Origin: Agreia sp.
GTDB lineage: Bacteria > Actinomycetota > Actinomycetes > Actinomycetales > Microbacteriaceae
Reading direction: 5' to 3'
DNA: 64,000 nucleotides
Assembly: GCF_964263775.1 (NCBI RefSeq)
Contig: NZ_CAXVWM010000117.1
Coordinates: 5,653-69,652, forward strand
Shown here: positions 58,497-64,000 of the stretch, one piece after another
Layout: the number at the start of each line of letters is the position of its first letter
How positions within the stretch are numbered: the stretch's first letter is position 1
The notes under the pieces: generated by a model
The model's input: the letters and a program-made list of their open reading frames with translations, nothing else
Database searches by the model: none
Told to the model about the DNA's origin: nothing
Made by a program: the position numbers and the translations under genes

Positions 58497-58514
58497 TCGA
58501 AAGTTGTAGAAATC

Positions 58515-58528
58515 CGCGTTCGAACGCG
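58515..58528. promoter_or_regulatory. Perfect 14-bp palindrome cgcgttcgaacgcg (candidate operator)
   Basis: Self-complementary sequence read directly, about 20 nt downstream of the TAGAAT box. Confidence 0.3.
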
Positions 58529-58722
58529 TTTTGCGCATAAAGCCCAGCGTTGGGCGGGGCTCGCGCCCCCAGACCTCAGTACATTCTAAGTACGGGTGTT
58601 CTCCCCACGAGAACGTGATCAGGCAATCATTTCGGTGATCCGTGCCGAAGTCACATAAATACCTCGGTCTGGAATGCCTGCCGCTGCGTGCGGGTTGAGA
58701 TCAACGAGGAAGGGAGAAAGTC

Positions 58723-60141
58723 ATGTCTGACGTATTGATCGACCGTCCAGAACTCGAAAACCTGGGGGTTTACGAATTCGGTTGGTCCGACTCCGATGCG
58801 GCGGGTGCCGTCGCGAAACGCGGGGTCGACGCCGGCGTCGTCTCGGGCATCTCCGCCCTCAAGAGCGAACCCGAATGGATGCTCAAGAACCGTCTGAAGG
58901 GTCTCCAGCTCTTCGAGCGCAAGCCGATGCCCACCTGGGGCGCCGACCTCTCCGGAATCGACTTCGACAACATCAAGTACTTCGTGCGCTCGACCGAGAA
59001 GCAGGCGACCACCTGGGACGACCTGCCCGACGACATCAAGAACACGTACGAACGCCTCGGCATCCCCGAGGCCGAGCGCCAGCGCCTCGTCTCCGGCGTC
59101 GCGGCCCAATACGAGTCCGAGGTCGTCTACCACACGATCCGTGAAGACCTCGAGGCCCAGGGCGTCATCTTCATGGACACCGACACGGCGCTCCGTGAGC
59201 ACCCCGAATTCTTCACCGAGTACTTCGGCACGGTCATCCCGGCCGGCGACAACAAGTTCGCCGCCCTCAACACCGCCGTGTGGTCGGGAGGATCGTTCGT
59301 CTACGTTCCCAAGAACGTGCACGTCGAGATCCCACTGCAGGCCTACTTCCGCATCAACACCGAGAACATGGGCCAGTTCGAGCGCACGCTGATCATCGCC
59401 GACGAGGGCAGCTACGTGCACTACATCGAGGGCTGCACCGCTCCGATATACACGTCCGACTCCCTGCACTCGGCCGTCGTCTATATCATCGTCAATAAGA
59501 ACGCCCGCGTTCGCTACACGACGATCCAGAACTGGTCGAACAACGTCTACAACCTCGTGACCAAGCGCGCAATCGCGCACGAGGGCGCCACCATGGAGTG
59601 GATCGATGGCAACATCGGTTCGAAGGTCACCATGAAGTACCCGTCGATCTACCTGGTCGGCGAGCACGCCAAGGGCGAGACGCTCTCGGTGGCCTTCGCG
59701 GGCCCGGGCCAGCACCAGGACGCCGGCGCCAAGATGATCCACATGGCGCCCTACACCCAGTCGTCCATCGTCTCGAAGTCCATCGCGCGCGGTGGCGGGC
59801 GCGCAGGCTATCGCGGAGAAGTGCGCATGGCCGAGAATGCACACCACTCGGCCAACACAGTGCGCTGCGATGCCCTGCTCGTCGACACCAAGTCGCGCTC
59901 CGACACCTACCCGGCCATCGACATCCGGGTCGACGACGTGCAACTCGGCCATGAGGCCACTGTCTCGCGTGTCAGCGAAGAGCAGCTCTTCTACCTCATG
60001 AGCCGCGGCCTGCCCGAAGACGAAGCTATGGCCATGATCGTGCGTGGCTTCATCGAACCGATCGCCCGCGAACTCCCCATGGAGTACGCACTCGAACTCA
60101 ACAAGCTCATCGAGATGGGCATGGAAGGCAGTGTCGGCTAG
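58723..60141 (+). CDS. sufB: Fe-S cluster assembly scaffold protein SufB
   Basis: 472 aa. Typical SufB beta-helix region and C-terminus (..[29 protein letters not shown]..). Strong SD (gaggaagggag). Confidence 0.96.
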   Translation: MSDVLIDRPELENLGVYEFGWSDSDAAGAVAKRGVDAGVVSGISALKSEPEWMLKNRLKGLQLFERKPMPTWGADLSGIDFDNIKYFVRSTEKQATTWDDLPDDIKNTYERLGIPEAERQRLVSGVAAQYESEVVYHTIREDLEAQGVIFMDTDTALREHPEFFTEYFGTVIPAGDNKFAALNTAVWSGGSFVYVPKNVHVEIPLQAYFRINTENMGQFERTLIIADEGSYVHYIEGCTAPIYTSDSLHSAVVYIIVNKNARVRYTTIQNWSNNVYNLVTKRAIAHEGATMEWIDGNIGSKVTMKYPSIYLVGEHAKGETLSVAFAGPGQHQDAGAKMIHMAPYTQSSIVSKSIARGGGRAGYRGEVRMAENAHHSANTVRCDALLVDTKSRSDTYPAIDIRVDDVQLGHEATVSRVSEEQLFYLMSRGLPEDEAMAMIVRGFIEPIARELPMEYALELNKLIEMGMEGSVG

Positions 60142-61341
60142 ATGTCCGCAGCAGTTTCAGCGAACACCGGTCTCATCGAGACAGAACAGCACGGCCTGAA
60201 GGCACACTCCGACGGCGGCGACGCCTATGTGCCGGTTCAATCGAGGGCGGAACGCTTCACATCGACCTCGGTCGACGACTTCGAGAAAGTCACCGGACAC
60301 GAGCTCGAGTGGAAGCTCACCCCTATCGCCCGTATCGCATCGCTCATCGAAGGCGAGCTCGACGGCTCCGTTCCGACACTCGAGTTCAGTGACACCTCGG
60401 GCGTCACGGCGACGTGGGTCGAGCGTACGGATGCGCGAATCGGCACGGCCGGCGCTCCCGAAGAGCGGGCCAGCGCCAACGCCTGGTCGTCATTCGAGAA
60501 GGCTCTCGCCATCGACGTTTCGGGTGAAGAACCGGTCGAATTCGTCGTGAGCCGCGACGGCACGGATTCGACTCCTCGAGCCGGCCACACCGTCATCACC
60601 GCCGCGCCCTTCAGCCGCGGCCTCGTCATCCTCACGAACTCGGGCGACGCCCAGCTGACCGAGAATGTCGAGATCGTCGTCGGCGACCAGGCCATGCTCA
60701 CCGTCGTCACGGTTCAAGAATGGAACGACGAGAGCAATCACCTGGCGAGCCACTTCGCCCGGGTGGGCCGCGACGCGCGGCTTCGCCACATCGTGGTCAG
60801 CCTCGGTGGTGGCGTCGTGCGGGTCAACCCGTCGATTCACCTCGACTCGACCGGCGCCGACGCCAGCGCGTTCGGCCTCTACTTCGCCGACGCCGGACAG
60901 CACCTCGAGCAGCGCGTCTACGTCAACCACGTGGCGGCTCAAACCAAGAGCCGCGTCAAGTACAAGGGCGCTCTTCAGGGCGCCACGGCCCGCTCGGTCT
61001 GGGTCGGCGACGTGCTGATCGGCCCGCATGCCACGGCTACCGACAGCTACGAGGAGAACCGCAACCTGGTTCTTTCAGAGGGCCCCCGCGCCGACTCCAT
61101 CCCCAACCTCGAGATCGAGACCGGAGACATCTCGGGCGCCGGGCACGCATCCTCGACCGGCCGGTTCGACGACGAGCAGCTCTTCTACCTGCAGTCCCGC
61201 GGCATCCCCGAAGACGAGGCCCGGCGCCTCGTCGTTCGCGGATTCCTGGCCGAGATCGTCGCGCAGATCGGCTCCGCCGAGCTCGAGGCGCACCTGTCCG
61301 CGGCCATCGAAGCCGAGCTCAGCGAAGCGCAGGGATACTGA
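60142..61341 (+). CDS. sufD: Fe-S cluster assembly protein SufD
   Basis: 399 aa. C-terminal FDDEQLFYLQSRGIPEDEARRLVVRGF, paralogous to SufB. ATG directly follows the sufB stop. Confidence 0.93.
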   Translation: MSAAVSANTGLIETEQHGLKAHSDGGDAYVPVQSRAERFTSTSVDDFEKVTGHELEWKLTPIARIASLIEGELDGSVPTLEFSDTSGVTATWVERTDARIGTAGAPEERASANAWSSFEKALAIDVSGEEPVEFVVSRDGTDSTPRAGHTVITAAPFSRGLVILTNSGDAQLTENVEIVVGDQAMLTVVTVQEWNDESNHLASHFARVGRDARLRHIVVSLGGGVVRVNPSIHLDSTGADASAFGLYFADAGQHLEQRVYVNHVAAQTKSRVKYKGALQGATARSVWVGDVLIGPHATATDSYEENRNLVLSEGPRADSIPNLEIETGDISGAGHASSTGRFDDEQLFYLQSRGIPEDEARRLVVRGFLAEIVAQIGSAELEAHLSAAIEAELSEAQGY

Positions 61342-61343
61342 CC

Positions 61344-61673
61344 ATGGCCGCAGAACTCATCTGCTCGATCGACGACCTCACCCCGAACGAGGCGGTTCGC
61401 GTCGTCATCGACGGCGTCGCCATCGCCCTGGTGAAAGATTCGTCGGGCCAGTGCCACGCCATCGGCGACACGTGCACGCACGGCGACATCTCGCTCGCCG
61501 AGGGCTTCGTCGAGAGCGACACGCTCGAGTGCTGGGCCCACGGCTCCAAGTTCTCGCTGGTGACCGGCAAGCCCCTCACCCTTCCGGCCTTCGAGCCCGT
61601 CCCCGTGTACGAACTCACCATCGTCGACGGTGAGGTCTACATCGACCCGACCAAAACGAAAGAGATTGTGTAG
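61344..61673 (+). CDS. Rieske [2Fe-2S] ferredoxin-like protein
   Basis: 109 aa. CTHGDISL ... CWAHGSKF matches the CxH-X16-CxxH Rieske motif. Confidence 0.88.
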   Translation: MAAELICSIDDLTPNEAVRVVIDGVAIALVKDSSGQCHAIGDTCTHGDISLAEGFVESDTLECWAHGSKFSLVTGKPLTLPAFEPVPVYELTIVDGEVYIDPTKTKEIV

Positions 61674-61675
61674 CC

Positions 61676-62443
<768 letters not shown>

Positions 62444-62445
62444 AC

Positions 62446-62775
62446 ATGGCGTCGACACTCACACCGCAGCGCTTCGACGAGATCGAAGACAAGCTGAAAG
62501 ACGTCATGGACCCGGAACTCGGGGTCAACATCGTCGACCTCGGCCTGATCTACGATCTCGCGTGGGACGATGAGAACGACGCGCTGCTGATCAGCATGAC
62601 CCTGACTAGCGCCGGCTGCCCGCTCACCGACGTGATTGAAGAGGAGACCGCACAGGCCCTCGACGGCACGGTAGAGCAGTTCCGCATCAACTGGGTCTGG
62701 ATGCCGCCGTGGGGACCGGAGAAGATCACCGACGACGGCCGCGAGATGATGCGGGCGCTCGGATTCTCGATGTAG
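62446..62775 (+). CDS. sufT: DUF59/MIP18-family Fe-S assembly factor (SufT-like)
   Basis: 109 aa. Motifs DPELGVNIVDLGLIY and TLTSAGCPL. Confidence 0.88.
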   Translation: MASTLTPQRFDEIEDKLKDVMDPELGVNIVDLGLIYDLAWDDENDALLISMTLTSAGCPLTDVIEEETAQALDGTVEQFRINWVWMPPWGPEKITDDGREMMRALGFSM

Positions 62776-62793
62776 TTCCCGTTTCTTGCGAAA

Positions 62794-62821
62794 GGCCCCC
62801 TCCACAGCCGTGGAGGGGGCC
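62794..62821. terminator. Bidirectional terminator hairpin between sufT and bioY
   Basis: 12-bp perfect stem ggccccctccac / gtggagggggcc with loop agcc, between convergent genes. Confidence 0.6.
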
Positions 62822-62848
62822 CGTTCGTGTGAATACCGGTACGGAGAA

Positions 62849-63448
62849 CTAGACCTGCTTGTTCGTCGTGCGAGAGCTGAGCTTCCAGGCGAGCGGCAGG
62901 ATGCCCGCCGCCAGCAGCGCCTTGATCGCGCCGCCCATCAGAAACGGGTACAGACCGGAGGCGAGGGTCTGCTCCAGGGTGAGGCCGAGGGATGCCGCAA
63001 GCCAGGGAAGGCCGACGGCGAACGTCACGAGGGTTCCCGCAGACATGGAGACGAACGCGCCCAGCACGCGGCGGTCCCAGGTGCGCTGGGCGAGCCAGCC
63101 GGTCAGCGCCGCCGCCGCTATGAAACCGACGATGTAACCGCCGGTCGGCCCGGCGAGAACGCCCCGGCCCGAGCTCGCATCGCTGAACCAGGGCAGGCCG
63201 GCAACGCCCAGCGCGAGGTAGAGAACCATCGAGAGCGCACCGCGTCGGGCGCCGAGCGTGCTGCCCACCAGAATGACGGCGAGCGTCTGGCCTGTGATCG
63301 GCACGGGATGCAGGGGGACGACGACTTGGGCGAGCACCCCCGTTAGTGCCGCGCCGGCACCGATCAGAACGAGGTCGGTCGTCAGCGACCGGGCGAAGAG
63401 CCGGTCGGCGAGGGTCGGGCGCGATGCGGCCAGGGTGATAGACGACAC
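62849..63448 (-). CDS. bioY: Biotin transporter substrate-specific component BioY
   Basis: 199 aa, six hydrophobic segments. Motifs PVPITGQTLAV.L.G and GPTGGYIVGF. GTG start is preceded by aggag. Confidence 0.9.
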   Translation of the reverse strand: MSSITLAASRPTLADRLFARSLTTDLVLIGAGAALTGVLAQVVVPLHPVPITGQTLAVILVGSTLGARRGALSMVLYLALGVAGLPWFSDASSGRGVLAGPTGGYIVGFIAAAALTGWLAQRTWDRRVLGAFVSMSAGTLVTFAVGLPWLAASLGLTLEQTLASGLYPFLMGGAIKALLAAGILPLAWKLSSRTTNKQV

Positions 63449-63603
63449 AGGCGAACTCCTGAGGGAATGTGGGGAACACGGGGTGTGTTGAAACGGATGC
63501 GCAGACGCACTGAGAAAACGGCGCCCGCTTTCGGATTTATACTATTGCTACCTCCCCCCAAACCCCCGTTGTGGAAACACGACATTAGAAATGGATTCTG
63601 CCT

Positions 63604-64000
63604 GTGCTCAATGTTCAAGACCTCGAACTCAGGGTCGGTGCACGGGTACTGATGCAAGACGTCTCATTCCGAGTCGCAGACGGTGACAAGATCGGCCTCG
63701 TCGGCCGCAACGGCGCGGGCAAGACGACACTGACGAAGGTATTGGCGGGGGAGCAGCTCTCGAACGGAGGCAAGGTCGAGCGCAGTGGCGAGATCGGCTA
63801 TCTCCCACAGGACCCGCGCTCGGGCAACCCCGAAGACCTCGCCCGCACGCGCATCCTCGATGCTCGCGGGCTCGGCCAACTCGTGCTCGGCATGCAGCTG
63901 GCCACCACCGACATGGGCAGCTCCGACCCCAAGGTCAGCGCCGCGGGCATGACCACGTACGGCAACCTCACCGATCGGTTCCTCGCGCTCGGCGGATACG
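63604..64000 (+). CDS. ABC-F family ATPase, N-terminal part; 3' end outside the window
   Basis: Not in the ORF track because the frame stays open to the window end. GTG 63604 gives VLNVQDLELRVGARVLMQDVSFRVADGDKIGLVGRNGAGKTTLTKVLAG... (Walker A). An in-frame stop lies at 63586. Confidence 0.85.
   Translation, partial: MLNVQDLELRVGARVLMQDVSFRVADGDKIGLVGRNGAGKTTLTKVLAGEQLSNGGKVERSGEIGYLPQDPRSGNPEDLARTRILDARGLGQLVLGMQLATTDMGSSDPKVSAAGMTTYGNLTDRFLALGGY

Noticed and set aside
58674-58730. 18-codon uORF ([18 protein letters not shown]) ending in a TGA that overlaps the sufB ATG
   Set aside because: No Shine-Dalgarno before its ATG, and its 3' half is the sufB SD region itself. Chance occurrence is likely. 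It would be worth revisiting only if conserved in relatives.

Overview
High-GC (roughly two-thirds G+C by eye) actinobacterial chromosome segment. The gene order follows the conserved Micrococcales/Mycobacterium core backbone: coaBC-metK-priA-fmt-rsmB-rpe, hisEG, a hisF-hisI-trpE-(membrane)-trpC-trpB-trpA block, lgt, gltBD, pyk, tRNA-Leu, pdtaR, polA, rpsA-coaE, pfkA, uvrB/uvrA/uvrC-rapZ-whiA, sodA, gap-pgk-tpiA, secG-rbpA, pgl-opcA-zwf-tal-tkt (minus strand), ctaB/ctaA, sufBD-Rieske-sufC-sufT, bioY, and the start of an ABC-F ATPase. I support 58 protein-coding genes (2 partial at the window edges), one tRNA-Leu(CAA), several stem-loop terminators and a few promoter-like boxes. I see no transposase, integrase, phage gene, CRISPR array, toxin-antitoxin pair or recognisable defence gene. 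This is an ordinary housekeeping region, and I cannot honestly point to a new multi-gene system. The observations most worth a second look are small-scale: (1) a 58-nt G/C-only tract containing an 18-G homopolymer, flanked by 7-bp direct repeats, between tpiA and secG; (2) rapZ followed directly by whiA, without the usual yvcK/cuvA gene; (3) a suf operon lacking sufR, sufS and sufU, preceded by a 282-nt structured, palindrome-rich leader; (4) an internally shortened hotdog thioesterase ORF between uvrB and uvrA; (5) an in-frame 18-bp tandem repeat at the 5' end of hisI; (6) a PriA with no visible Walker A or DExH motif; (7) a translationally coupled trio of poorly characterised genes after polA. 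The many long ORFs antisense to, or out of frame with, these genes are high-GC shadow ORFs and were rejected. All identifications come from reading the translations for family motifs and synteny. No database search was run.
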